A model generated the notes under the pieces. It was given only the letters and a program-made list of their open reading frames with translations, searched no databases and was not told where the DNA came from. From the NCBI GenBank assembly GCA_043228905.1, contig JBHGNT010000015.1:10354001-10418000 (forward strand): a stretch of DNA of 64,000 nucleotides, written 5' to 3'. The translations under genes and the position numbers were made by a program. The DNA is from Azolla caroliniana (taxonomy: Eukaryota; Plantae; Polypodiophyta). Positions 12,420 through 23,769 of this stretch are shown here, piece by piece. Every line of letters begins with the position of its first letter. Position 1 is the stretch's first letter.

Positions 12420-13233
12420 ACTAGATTGGGTCGCCACATTCTAGCTATTCAAATCGCCCGAGAGCCGGTTGCTACAAAGGTCTAGCACACATTTCAAGTT
12501 CCTTCCACAATAATCACCAAGTTTTGACAGAAAATCTGGAAACAACAACACGCGAGGCGAATTACCACGTTCCAATGGCTATTAATACACAAGTCCCTAC
12601 CGGTGGGAGCATGGCAACATGGGAACCTTAGCTCTCCTAATTGTGTAGAGTGCCCACATGTAGTAGAATCATTACGACATGCTCTATGGGACTACCCAAC
12701 GTCCCATCGAATATGGCAGGCAGTTAGCCGCTTGTTGCAATTATCCCAGGTGCAAGGCTCAATCAAGTGGGGAAATATATGTTGGCTATCATGGCAAGCC
12801 GCAATTGGCAGATACAAGCATCAGAGGTCCTTTTCTCCTCCAGCGGCAATGTCCACTCCACTCCTCTTAATGACAAATCTCAAGAGGTGTTGGAATTGGT
12901 CAGCCCAATAACCCTTTGGATTCTATGAAAACAATGATGTAGGCGAGTCTTCTCCAACCAAACCGCACATCCAACAAGGTTACTGCAAGAGATATGGAGC
13001 GAAATTGTAGCCACTTTGAAGAGCCAATATAATGGCCTTAAGGGCGGCTCCGAGGGAGTTGAAAGACAACGAATAGCCTTCATCCAACAATGGTCTTCCT
13101 CTCCCTTTCTTGAGTTAGTGGGCATCCACATAAGATGGAACTATCGCGTCCCTTGAGGGATTTGTACATAATCGTCTCATTTGTAAAATTGTATAACTAA
13201 TGGAAAGAGTTTTTTTTTGGAAAAAGAAAAAAG
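12420..13233 (+). mobile_element. 5'-truncated LINE 3' end (zf-RVT region plus A-rich tail)
   Basis: KIWKQQ...FQWLLIHKSLPVG...NCVECPHVVESLRHALWDYP, a degenerate zf-RVT-like motif; A-rich tail ~13221-13233. Boundaries approximate. Confidence 0.75.
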
Positions 13234-13394
13234 ACAAATTCAAGAGAACTACATACCAATCTTGACTTTAACCAGGTCCATTTCTCTTTTGACCAAGTTC
13301 GTTGATTGCCTGTAAATTTAGACATTGCATTAATTTTACTTTTTGGTTTCAAATACCTAATGGATTAATTAATTGTGTTATTTCTTTTGTTTAG

Positions 13395-13729
13395 ATTCTT
13401 CTAATGAATGGTATGCCACAATGGGATCCTAAGTTGTTGCTTTGTCCTCTTCTTAAGTTTTGTACTAATGCTAGTAAGTCAATTTCCATGTTTCAATGGA
13501 ATCTTAATTTAGAGCTAGTTTGGTCTATTCAATGTTGACACTAAATCTTTTATCATTAGGAGTGCCATTTCATCATGCACTATTTGCACCTGGCCTTTCA
13601 TCGTATAGTAATGTGACTATTGACTTGAACTTTCCCAAAAGCAACAATAAAGAGGACTTGTCATAGCCGCTTGCAATACAAAAGGTGTGGGAAAAGCTTA
13701 TCCAAGCACAAAGAGAAGGTAGATTTGGT
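13395..13729 (+). pseudogene. FPGS: Folylpolyglutamate synthase (FPGS) C-terminal exons with introns, decayed, inside the TIR element
   Basis: Exon 13395-13473 (AG|...|GT) ILLMNGMPQWDPKLLLCPLLKFCTNA and exon 13560-~13729 VPFHHALFAPGLSSYSNV...EDLS*PLAIQKVWEKL match the plant FPGS C-terminal pattern as recalled (QILLFNCMSVRDPxLLL / GVxFKKALFVPN...DLSWQFTLQKVWESL); upstream exon end ...NQ|GT at 13275. Confidence 0.75.
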
Positions 13730-14553
13730 GTAAGAAATACAAATGTATTGTATATGAACACATTTGTTTAAGAAGTGCCACCTCTACTACATCAATAGGA
13801 AATCCAAACAATAGAGAGAGTGTGGTTTGAAAGTTTCAAAAAGGACTTTCCCTCAAATAAAATTTTTCCAAGGATAAATTAGGAATTTTCCAATGAAATG
13901 TTAACCTTCAGTATTTGTTCTTGGGATTTTAAAAGTGTTTTTCAGTATTGTGTACTCAGATTCCCCATCATTCTTAGTTTGAAACTCATTTCTTTGTTAG
14001 ATATATGGATGTGGAATGATGCCTAGGTTTGAATTTTAGTTTGTAAGTTTCATTTCTATTAGCTTTATTATCTTTCAGTTTCTGCTGTTGAGCAAGGTTC
14101 CTTTTATTGGATTTTATAGATGGGTTTCCATAGTGTGGATCTGCCTCCAATTTTAAGCACAAAATCCTTGTTCACAAGAGCGATTCCATTAGGCATGCAA
14201 AACATGGCATTTTGCCGTACTCCTTAAAACCACATTGGCATTTATGACAGGTATTGTTAGACTCTTTTAATTGCTTTTGTAAGACATTTTTTGCATATTT
14301 AAAATTTCACAAGTCTACGCATACAATAACATGAATAACTCCAATCTTCTATTTTGTAGTCCTCCATCAATGGATGTTGGAAAACTGAATGTATCGATGC
14401 CCAAAGCTAGAAAGTATAGGGCATTGATACTCAGGTTTGAGATGCTAGATCGAACCATATGTAAGCGATTTTGGAAGACACTTAGATGTGAAGCCTAGTT
14501 ATGTGCCCTTACAAACTAACATTTCTAAGCAAAGAAGAGCTTGATTTTTTATC

Positions 14554-14997
14554 CAAGTATTTTTTAAAAGAAAAAAGGGATTGTACATCTATCCAAATGT
14601 TTTATTTGTTTGATTATGAACAAAGTGATATGCAGAAGGAATGTTACAATCCTTAAGTTCACATATTACTACTGGGGCAAGTATAGATCACATCCTCAAT
14701 AAAGACACAAAATGTCTCTAAAATAAATGTGTGAAAATGTATGTACACACACACACACACACATGCATGCATGCATTCAAGTATTTTTTAAGAGAAAAAT
14801 GGGATTGTACATTTGTCCAAATGTTTTATTTGTTTGATTATGAACAAAATGATATGCAGAAGGAATGTTACAATCCTTAAGTTCACATATTACTACTGGG
14901 GAAAGTATAGATGACATCCTCAATAAAGAAGCAAAATGTCTCTAAAATAAATGTGTGAAAAAGTATGTACACACTCACACACACAACCCATGCATTA
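14554..14997. repeat. Tandem duplication, ~224-bp period
   Basis: CAAGTATTTTTTAA...GAAGGAATGTTACAATCCTTAAGTTCACATATTACTACTGGGG... begins at 14554 and again at 14778. Confidence 0.9.
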
Positions 14998-15863
14998 AAC
15001 ATATAAAACATATGCAATACAATACATACATACATACACACATGTATAAAAATATGTATGCCTTCTATGTAAGGGCATTTAAAATGAGTTGTTGTCAAAA
15101 TATATATTAGCACTAAGGGGTATTTTTATTAATCGTTTTTTTATAGAAGGGTATCTAAAATAGTAAAAACATACCTATAAGAGGTTTATAAAAGATGGCA
15201 TGAATGCACGTGATACAACCTCTTTATATATAGTGGAGCCCCCGGGGGATCATTCATCCAATATTCTCCCAATCGTTTGCTGACTTCTCCCATTAGGAGG
15301 GACAGAATCCTAACATATTAACCCACCAAACTGTATTACAATACTTAGTCTCACACATATATAGTTAGGGTAACTTAGCCCTAATTGTGAGGACATGTTC
15401 ACACTAGGATAGAAAATAGGTGGAGTGGGACTTTTAGCCCAACACCCACCCTGTGATATTCCCCTAAAGGCGATCCATGTCTTTGTGTCTGAACCACTTC
15501 TCTATGCCCTAGAACCAAATACATATAAGAGCCAAGGTCTATAAAATCCTATATTGACATTCCAATCCAATCATATTTACAAAATTTGGGGATGTCCACC
15601 CAAAAATAAACTCATCTACCAACATGTGCATGGACTTAATCTTTAACTTCCCGATACATGTAATTGTCGATTTCTGTGGAACTTTATTTTCAGAGTCCAT
15701 GAAACACTTTTGTGACCTTTGGCGTTCATAGTTGTTGAAGCACACCCCCGGAGTACCCTCCTCTATCCTCATCCCTCGTGGCAGCACTATGTCAATGCCA
15801 TGTGTTTTTCGTAAGTGTGCCTCTATGTCGGATTTCTTTCGATACTATCTTTGCTCGCGCTAG

Positions 15864-16942
15864 TGTCGTAAAGATTTTTGCCAACGGTGTGAAAATTGAA
15901 TGTAATGTACAAAATCAAATGTGGTTCTTCACACACAACAGAAAACAATAATGGTGAAGATACTATTTTATACTAGTTTAATATCTTTGTATAAAAAGAT
16001 TGAAGTCTTCAAGAGCTTTCGAATACACTTTACCACATAAGAAACGGACAACTAAGTGGCAAGTTATGTGTGTATGAAGTTTGTGAAGAAGAAGAGAAAA
16101 TTAAAAAAAAACTACGAGATATCCCACATAGACAGCATAAATAAGGATCCCAGAGTATATAAACAGGGCCAAAATCTATTATTTTGTGTCTATTAGTGGA
16201 TCATAGACTGTTCAAGGTGACTTGAGCTAAACTAACCGTATGAATGGGTGTGGCCTAACTACTTGTAAAGGTTTTGTCCGACCAAAACCTGACAGATCCG
16301 GCGAGGCGGCGATGGACAGGATCGGATTGAACTGGTCAGGACAGACAGATTAGTCGGTTGATCACGGTGCATGATGTTTTGAAGATTTTCAGTGTAGATA
16401 CAAGACCAAAAGCCTAATAGTATTTTGTGTTTTAAAAGGGATGTGAGCAAGGCTTGAACCTTGCACCTCCAATTTGAAAGTCAATATGCTTACCACTAAA
16501 CTAAGTCATATCTTCAAAAGCTTTACTTTGATTATTTTACATGTAAATTCTCATACATGAGAGCTTGAATGAGTGACATGGTTATCATGTAACACATGTA
16601 ATACATGAGCGCCAAATGGCAAACATGCATCTCATGCATGTCTTGCACCCTCACAAGCATCATGTGCATGGGGACATCTATAAAAGAGTGGATGGAGAGG
16701 AAAAACGGGCTAGGTATTAATCAAGAAAAGAAGGAGAAGAAAATTCGTTATCCCATTTTTGGGATGTATTAATCTTGTCTCTCAATCTAAAGTCAAGCGT
16801 TCTATCTTATCTCAATCTCTCTCTCTTTCAATCTATCTTAAATAATTTCTCGCTAAAGCTAGTACAAACTTCGAATCCTTCCGGTCTAGAACCCCGGCGG
16901 TTCCACCTCACGATCCGCACGTAGTGACGGATCTTCATGACA
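15864..16942 (+). repeat. 5' LTR of gypsy element
   Basis: TGTCGTA...CATGACA; homologous to 23770-24777; TATA CTATAAAAG ~16678. Confidence 0.9.
16440..16512 (-). other. Degenerate tRNA-like unit (A-box/B-box) within LTR; second copy at 24287-24359
   Basis: Minus strand GATATGACTTAGTTTAGTGGTAAGCATATTGACTTTCAAATTGGAGGTGCAAGGTTCAAGCCTTGCTCACATC: A-box TAGTTTAGTGG, D-stem GTTT/AAGC, B-box GGTTCAAGCC in a GCAAGG/CCTTGC stem, ends pair 6 of 7; 73 nt. Confidence 0.6.
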
Positions 16943-16950
16943 TAATTATG

Positions 16951-16968
16951 TGGTGAACCCGACGTGAA
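16951..16968 (+). promoter_or_regulatory. Primer-binding site complementary to the tRNA-Trp 3' end
   Basis: TGGTGAACCCGACGTGAA is the reverse complement of the plant cytosolic tRNA-Trp 3' end as recalled (TTCACGTCGGGTTCACCA); 8 nt after the LTR. Confidence 0.85.
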
Positions 16969-17344
16969 AGAGGCGGTAGGAAGGATCAAGTCGAGGATCG
17001 ACCGCTACTTGGAGATGGCATCCTCAAGCAATCAAGCGGGAGAGTTCGAAAGGATGATGTTAATCGTTGAACAACTGATGAGATCTCGAGACAACGATCC
17101 GAGCGTGGAAAGGCCGTCGACCGTGTCGTAGAGCTCGAGGATCAATTTGATGGAAGGAAAACTACGAAGTTCCTCGATGCATACAAAAGGGAGATGAATC
17201 AAAGGGACGAGTCCGAAGCACGTCAAATTACAAGTTTCAAGAGAGTGGTCGCCAACAACGTCCAAAGGCGCGTCATCGAGCTTCAAGAAGGGAAGACAAC
17301 ATGGTCCGGGTTCAAGAAAGCGATATTAGCGGAGTTCGTGACGG

Positions 17345-18022
17345 TGTCGCGTTGTTACGCGCGTGCGTGCAGAACGAGGCGGGACCACGGGGGTCTTGAA
17401 CCGAGGAATAACCGATCAGGAGTAGGAGCAAGACAGACAACGACCGTGCTTCCGCACACACACACACAAATACACAGAAACCGCAACCGAATGAAACAAC
17501 GGAAACGAGAGGAATGCGTATATGTATATATATATTCTGATGAAAAGGGGGTTACAACTGGCAGGCCGGTGAGTGACAATCTCCTACGCCTACGCACACG
17601 CACACAGAAGAGCGAGATGGAGACTCTGCCGGAAGCGCTCGGGCGTTCCGCGTGCACAGTCGGCCTCTCGAAAACCTGCACAGAGCAAATGTAGAGAAAG
17701 ACGGAGGAGAAGGGCTTGGTCTCAATCCGACAGCACTTCGTCCTCGAATAAAAGAAGCGATCCCCATTACGATTCCTCTCCCTCTCTTTTATAGCCCAAG
17801 GAGGGAAGCCGTTACAACCTGTTACATCATCTTTATTCTCTGTCCTTTCAAACAGAGATACACCTCGATTTTGTACCTAACAAATGCATGCTACCTAGGA
17901 TATTCACATCAACCGACTTGTACCTAAATATATACATTACAACAAAACTTGTGCCCACGTATAAGGGCCAGTTCGCGCACATTATTCTCCGATTCCGCCT
18001 AGGGATGGTTTTCTCCATGACA
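17345..18022 (-). mobile_element. Solo LTR inserted in gypsy gag
   Basis: TGTCGCG...CATGACA termini; 4-bp TSD ACGG/ATGG; removing it restores gag EFVT|EDLSRK; minus-strand TATA at ~17787-17796. Confidence 0.85.
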
Positions 18023-19653
18023 ATGGAAGATTTGTCGAGGAAGACTCAACATGCCTTGGTGAAGTAGATAGAGAAGAAAAATAAGAAGATGAGTGCCTCG
18101 AGGTTTTACGATGAGTTCGACCAGATGTATAGTCGTCTCCCCGCCATGGACCAAGTGCTACTTGAGGAGGACAAGACTTTGTACTTCCTGAAAGCTTTGG
18201 ATGTGAAGGATAGACGAGAATTGGGGACTCTTCTTGAAGATGATACCCAAGCAAAGAGGCTTGTGGCAGACTGGATTGCGGTGAAGCGGGCGTGCAATAG
18301 GTTCGACAAGCGTCGTCAGTGGGTTGATGACACCAACTTGGCGGGATCGACTGCCGTGGAGAAAACAAGACAACCGAAAGTAGTTGAGCCACCCAAACAA
18401 AGTAACCCCGAAGAAAAGAAGATTGATGATGACATCATCGAATAACTGGCGAAGAAGTTCGAGACGGTCACGCTAGCGAACATGAATCGTCGGGGCCCCA
18501 AAGGAAAAGAACCCTTTAGATGCGGGTGGTGCGATAGCATGGACCACATGAGAAGGGATTGCGCGAGCCTTCGAGATGCCATTCGACAAAATATCGTATA
18601 CATGGATGGCAACATGATCTACTCGACTGAGACTAGAAGACCCCTATGAGTGAATTTCGGAAGATGGGGAATAAAGAAAGCTATGGAGGATGCCGAGGCG
18701 ACTCATGTGGATGCGATGCAGTATGCTACGTTGGCCAAAATAAGAGCCGGGAAAGACCAAACTGAAGTTGTGAAAGTGGGAGCAAAGTTTTGGTCTACCA
18801 TTCTCGAGTATGAGAAGAAGGGGAAAGTCACTTCGAGTGAGGTAGAGCTTGCGGATCGAAGTGTACAAAGTATAATCGGATGGTTGGATCCGGTGGATGA
18901 AAACAACATACTCGCGGAAGTGATGTACGAAACTAGGAGGTGTTCATCGAAGAAAAGAGAAAAAGAATAGAAGAGCAAGGCCCATCAAAAAGACATGAAA
19001 CAAGGAACGCAAAAAAGAAGGAAGATGCGGAAACGAGTCGAGCTTTACAAACGGAGGAACAAGAATCAAGCCGAAAAGGGGAGTCAAGCAAACGAGTTGA
19101 AGAAACGGTTCAGCCCGTGAAGGTTGGTGTTGAAGACCTTGCTCGGAAGACAAGAACTATACTTACCTATAAGCTAAGGTCGGACATAGAGTAGACAACA
19201 GACTTGAAGAAGATTCTCGAGGAACGCGTTCTTGATAGCCACATGACTTTGTCCTTGAGGGAATTACTCGGCATTACGAAGGAGTTCCATGACACGATCA
19301 TGGACCTTGTAAAGAGAAAGAGGCAACAATCGTATGAGGAAGAAGAGAAGCCACTAAAAGCAAAAGCGAATGCCATAACGATGGCAAGAGACGAAGTCGA
19401 TGAGGATATGGTGGACACCACTATACTCGACCTCATTGGGCACAAGCAACAATGGAGACGTTGGTGAAGATTGGGGAGAGGAATGAGATCGTGGTAGCCT
19501 TGATTGACCATGGCTCGAAAATCAACCTCATGTCAACCGAGTTCTACAAAAAAGGAAGATGGCCAATTAATACAAACCATGGATGGAAGATTCGAGCGGC
19601 AACAAAGGCGACAGAAGACTGGTATGGAGTTTGTCTGAATGTTAAAGTCACGG

Positions 19654-20071
19654 TGTCGTAGTGTATTTCGTACAAGCAAGGATTAAAAAAGCATGTAGTT
19701 ATGCTTAGTCTCTCCCATCACTACATAAGGATGGGGAGCACAATGTAATAGGTGTGTGAAATATTTGGAAATTGGATATATTTCCGAAAACACCAACCGA
19801 TTAATATAATCGTGGGATTCACGAAAATAATATAATCTATACTTGTGGGATTCACAAGTTTCTTATATCTTTCTTTCAATCTAAATACATATTTTTATCT
19901 AAATATTGATTAATCGAATACAATACACTCGTGGGATTCACGAAATTTCTATCTCTCTTTCTAATAATCTATTCATTACTAGCCTCATCTCATATTCTTC
20001 TTTCTCCTAGTCCAAAACCCCAGTGGTTCCCACCCGACTCACGCAACGATCCGGAGCCGAAAGGCACGACA
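19654..20071 (+). mobile_element. Solo LTR inserted in gypsy protease
   Basis: TGTCGTA...CACGACA termini; TSD ACGG/ACGG; three internal GTGGGATTCAC repeats. Confidence 0.88.
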
Positions 20072-23000
20072 ACGGTGTTCGATAATGGAGCAGCCTTCGC
20101 ATGGATCAAGAGTCTTGACAACCAAAGATCTGTTCAATTCCTAACGGTGCAGGCTAATCATGAAAGAAATCGAGATAGCCTTGGAGGCGAATCTTCGAAT
20201 TTTTAGAGTGGACTATTGAAGCATGGAGCACAAATAGTCTGAACGATCACAAGTCCCCACAAGAAGGTAGAGCGTGTGGATTGCGAGGAGATGCAACATG
20301 TGTCACACCTAGTGGCACATGTAAACTAGTACTACCCGACAAGAAGGACAAACGTCAGATACAAGTCTTCGAGAAGATGCTGAAAGAAGAAAACATAATA
20401 GAAGAAGAAGAGTTCGTGCCTCATATTATGGAAGAAGCCTCATTTAATGACACCATCGGCGAAATCGAGGATGTCGTGGACTTGAGCAATCTTCACGATC
20501 GACACGTGATTTTGGTTAACTCCATCAACATGTACGCTATCATCAATGAATATTATCGAAGTATCTTGATGAAGGAAGCTAACATCAACATAAAATATAA
20601 AACGGTGGATAGGAAGATCAAGCCAGTTGCGGTTCTGCTACCGGAAGATAGCTGGCAAAAGATGAAGCAAGTCGCTAACGATCGAAGCTTAAGAGATCCA
20701 AAGGCAATAGGTCATGTCTTCACCGAAGAGATGAAAGGAAAGCTATGAGTTGGAAGGGAGGATTTCCTCCTCCCTGAAGAGGATCGAATGTTTCGTGACA
20801 TGGGAAGGCTTTCACATTTTTCCCACAAGAAATCGGATGTGCTGATCCAAGGATGATAGAGCCGATGGTGATCTTCATGGTGCCGCATGTGCCTTGGAAT
20901 TTGAAACTGATACCGGTTCCTAGAGCACACCTACCGAAGTTGATCGAGCTCTTAAAGGAGAAGGTGAATATGGGAATTCTAGAACCATCGAATGCTCCTT
21001 ATTCTAATAGGTGGTTCACAGTGCCGAAGAAGAATGGATCATTGCGATTCATCCAAGATCTTCAACCCGTAAACAAGGTGACAATTTGGAATGCTGGAAT
21101 CGGTCCGAGTGTGGATGAATTTGCCGAAGCGTTTGCGGGCCGATCCATCTACTCCATTGGTGATCTCTACTTTGGATATGACCAATTCCAGTTGGTGATC
21201 GACAGTCATGACATTACAACCATGAGGACTCCGATCGGGCTCGTGTGGATGTGTACCTTGCCTCAAGGTGCAACAAACTTGGTGGCTCATATGGTGAATG
21301 CCATGAACAAGGTCTTGAAGGATTGCATCCCGGACATCACGATGCCATTCTTGGATGATATTCCGATAAAAGGATGCTTGGATGAGGAGAAAGATGAATC
21401 AAAAGATAAGGAAGGGTGTAGAAAGTTCATCGTGGATCATATGAAAGATTGTGAGAAGGTGCTCCAAAGGCCCGAAGATGCGAATTTGACATTTTCGGGA
21501 GAAAAATCCGCATTTGGGAAACCAAAGATCTTGGTGGCAGGTCACTTGTGCGGAGCATACGACCAGAAGCCTTCGCCATCCAAGGTGAACGCGATCCAAG
21601 ATATGAAAGAAGAATGCGTAAACCAAACGGAGGTTCGAAGGTTCCATGGAGCATGCACATTTTATCATATCTAGATTCCACACTACGCTCATGTCGTCGA
21701 GCCTTTATATGGATTGCTAAAGAAAAGAATGAAGTTTGAATGGTGAGACGAGCACACAAACGCGATGCGAAGATTGAAGAAACTACTTCTTGAAGCTCCA
21801 GCACTAAGAAAGGTCGACTATACCGAAGGGAAGCCAATTTATGTGACTGTAGATACGAGCCCAACCGGAATCGGGTGGGTCATCAACCAAGAAGGAGAAG
21901 ATAATGTGTGGTATGCCATCCGATTTGGAGCAAAGGTTCTTAGCGAACGACAAAGAGGATACGCCCAAGTCAAGCGGAAACTTTGGGGTATTGTGTCGCC
22001 AATGAAGACGGACAAAGACTACCTGATCGGGTCGGAAGTGATAATTGAGACAGATTGTCTCCCAATCCTCGGGATGATCTCAGGATATGCAACCCCAGAT
22101 CTAGCTATGCTAAGGTGGATTGCCTATATCAAGTCTTTAAGCCCAAAGATCCACCACATTGCAAGGAAGAAGAACACCATGGCTGACATGTTGTCGAGGG
22201 CAAGATTTGAGAATGAAGGTGACATGGTTTCGGAAGATGAAGACATCACCCTCAACTTCTTCAAGATGGCTCGACTATCGACGGAAGACAAGGGCACGCT
22301 AACCCTCCACGCCTTCAACGAGGACGAGTACGAAGGAGAGTGGTTACTAATCGGCAGATTCTTAAGAACAATGACAACGGATGCTTCATTGACGAAGGAG
22401 GAGGCTCTACGAATCCGGAAGAAAGCTTACCAATACTTCTTGAGGGGAGGATTCCTTTGGCGACACCCAAAAAGAAGGACAAGAATGCCACGTCGAGTGG
22501 TGGTAAAGAAAGAAGGGCAAGTGACGCTGATGACTGAATTCCACGAGAGTCCTTGGGCAGGTCATAGACGAACATGGGCGTCATTCGAAAAGTTGAAGGA
22601 GAAGTACTGGTGGCCAAGCATGTACAAAGATGTACTCCATTTCTTGTCCACATGCAAAACTTGCCAAGTACACTCGAATATACGTCATCGTGATGAGCGA
22701 CGACCGACATACCCCGCTTACTATACACTTCAAATGGATGGTGGATCTGGTCTCGATGCCAATGGGAGTGGGACAAATGAAGTACTTAGCTCTAGCAAGA
22801 GAAGACTTGACAAATCAAGTAGAAGAATGGGCCTTGACAAATAAGTCGACGTCAGCAATTTGTAAATTTCTACTCGAAGAGGTTGTCTGCCGATATGGAT
22901 GTGTAGGAAAGATAGTGGCCGATCGAGGGGAGTTGGATGCACACGAAGCAATGGATCTCTTCGAACGACTAGGCATGAACCTCTCCCTCACGACTGCCTA

Positions 23001-23769
23001 CAATCCAGAAGCGAATGGGAAGATCGAGCGAGGGCATGGACTAATCATCAAAGTCATACTACGAGCATGCAATGGTCGAGTTGGGAATTGGCCACGACTA
23101 TTGCCCTATGCGTTGTGGGCCGACAGAACTACACATAGTTCAATGACAGGGTATATGCCAATGGAGCTTATGTATGGACAAAAGCCGATAATCCCCATTG
23201 AGAGGACGATCGCCTCATGGGTAGCGATACCATGGGAGAACGAGATGAGCCGAGAAGAATTATTAGCGGCACGGATAAGGCAACTTGAAAGGAGACCTGA
23301 AGATCTAGAAAAAGTGTGAAAGATGATGGAGGCAACCCGAGTGAAGAACAAAATTTGGTTCGACAAGACGCATCGACTACGTCCCAAGAAGATCAAAGAA
23401 GGAGATTGGATATTGGTCTACAACAACAGCCTTGACAATCAACACAGTACAACAAGGAAGTTTGCAAGAAGATGGTTCAGACCGTATGTAGTGATAAGTC
23501 CCAACGACAATGCCACATACCAGCTTGCGGAGCTAGATTGATCAAGGTTGGCCATACCCATTACGGGAAAAAGAGTAAAGATTTTCAAGAAAAGACAAGA
23601 CGAGGATCCTGACCTCGATCACCTTGACGATGAAGATAGTAGGACGGAACCTACAAACTTGAGTTATGTACACGAGAACGTGAATGAATCTGATTGATCA
23701 CCGTAGCCGAAATCTCGCACTCTCTCTTCTTGGCACGTATCGGAGGATGTGTAGTTTGGTGGGGGTGGA

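Larger units (their letters stand above)
10635..15247. mobile_element. Non-autonomous TIR DNA element (~4.6 kb) with 6-bp TSD
   Basis: Left end CCTTGGGGGCTTCACT; right end reverse-complements to CCCCGGGGGCTCCACT; both followed inward by a CACGTG-N2-TTCAT motif; flanked by GATCAT (10629-10634 / 15248-15253). No transposase recognised. Confidence 0.7.
10326..15315 (-). repeat. Remnant copia-type LTR split by the TIR element (10326-10634 plus 15248-15315)
   Basis: Terminus GGAGGGACAGAATCCTAACA resembles the ends of the 1155-6815 LTRs (GGAGGGACCGTAATCCCAACA); TATTTATAC box ~10423; short ACTAGTCGGCC repeats ~10567-10617. Confidence 0.5.

Noticed and set aside
10850-12444. Y/I/H/C/M-rich ORFs
   Set aside because: Translations of microsatellite DNA.
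10647-15235. CACTG/CACTA termini suggesting a CACTA element
   Set aside because: Flanking triplets CTT/GAG are not a TSD, and the inverted repeat extends 12 bp further out to a GATCAT duplication.
16440-16512. Functional tRNA gene
   Set aside because: Anticodon stem pairs poorly, acceptor register is off, and it lies in an LTR; reported only as tRNA-like.
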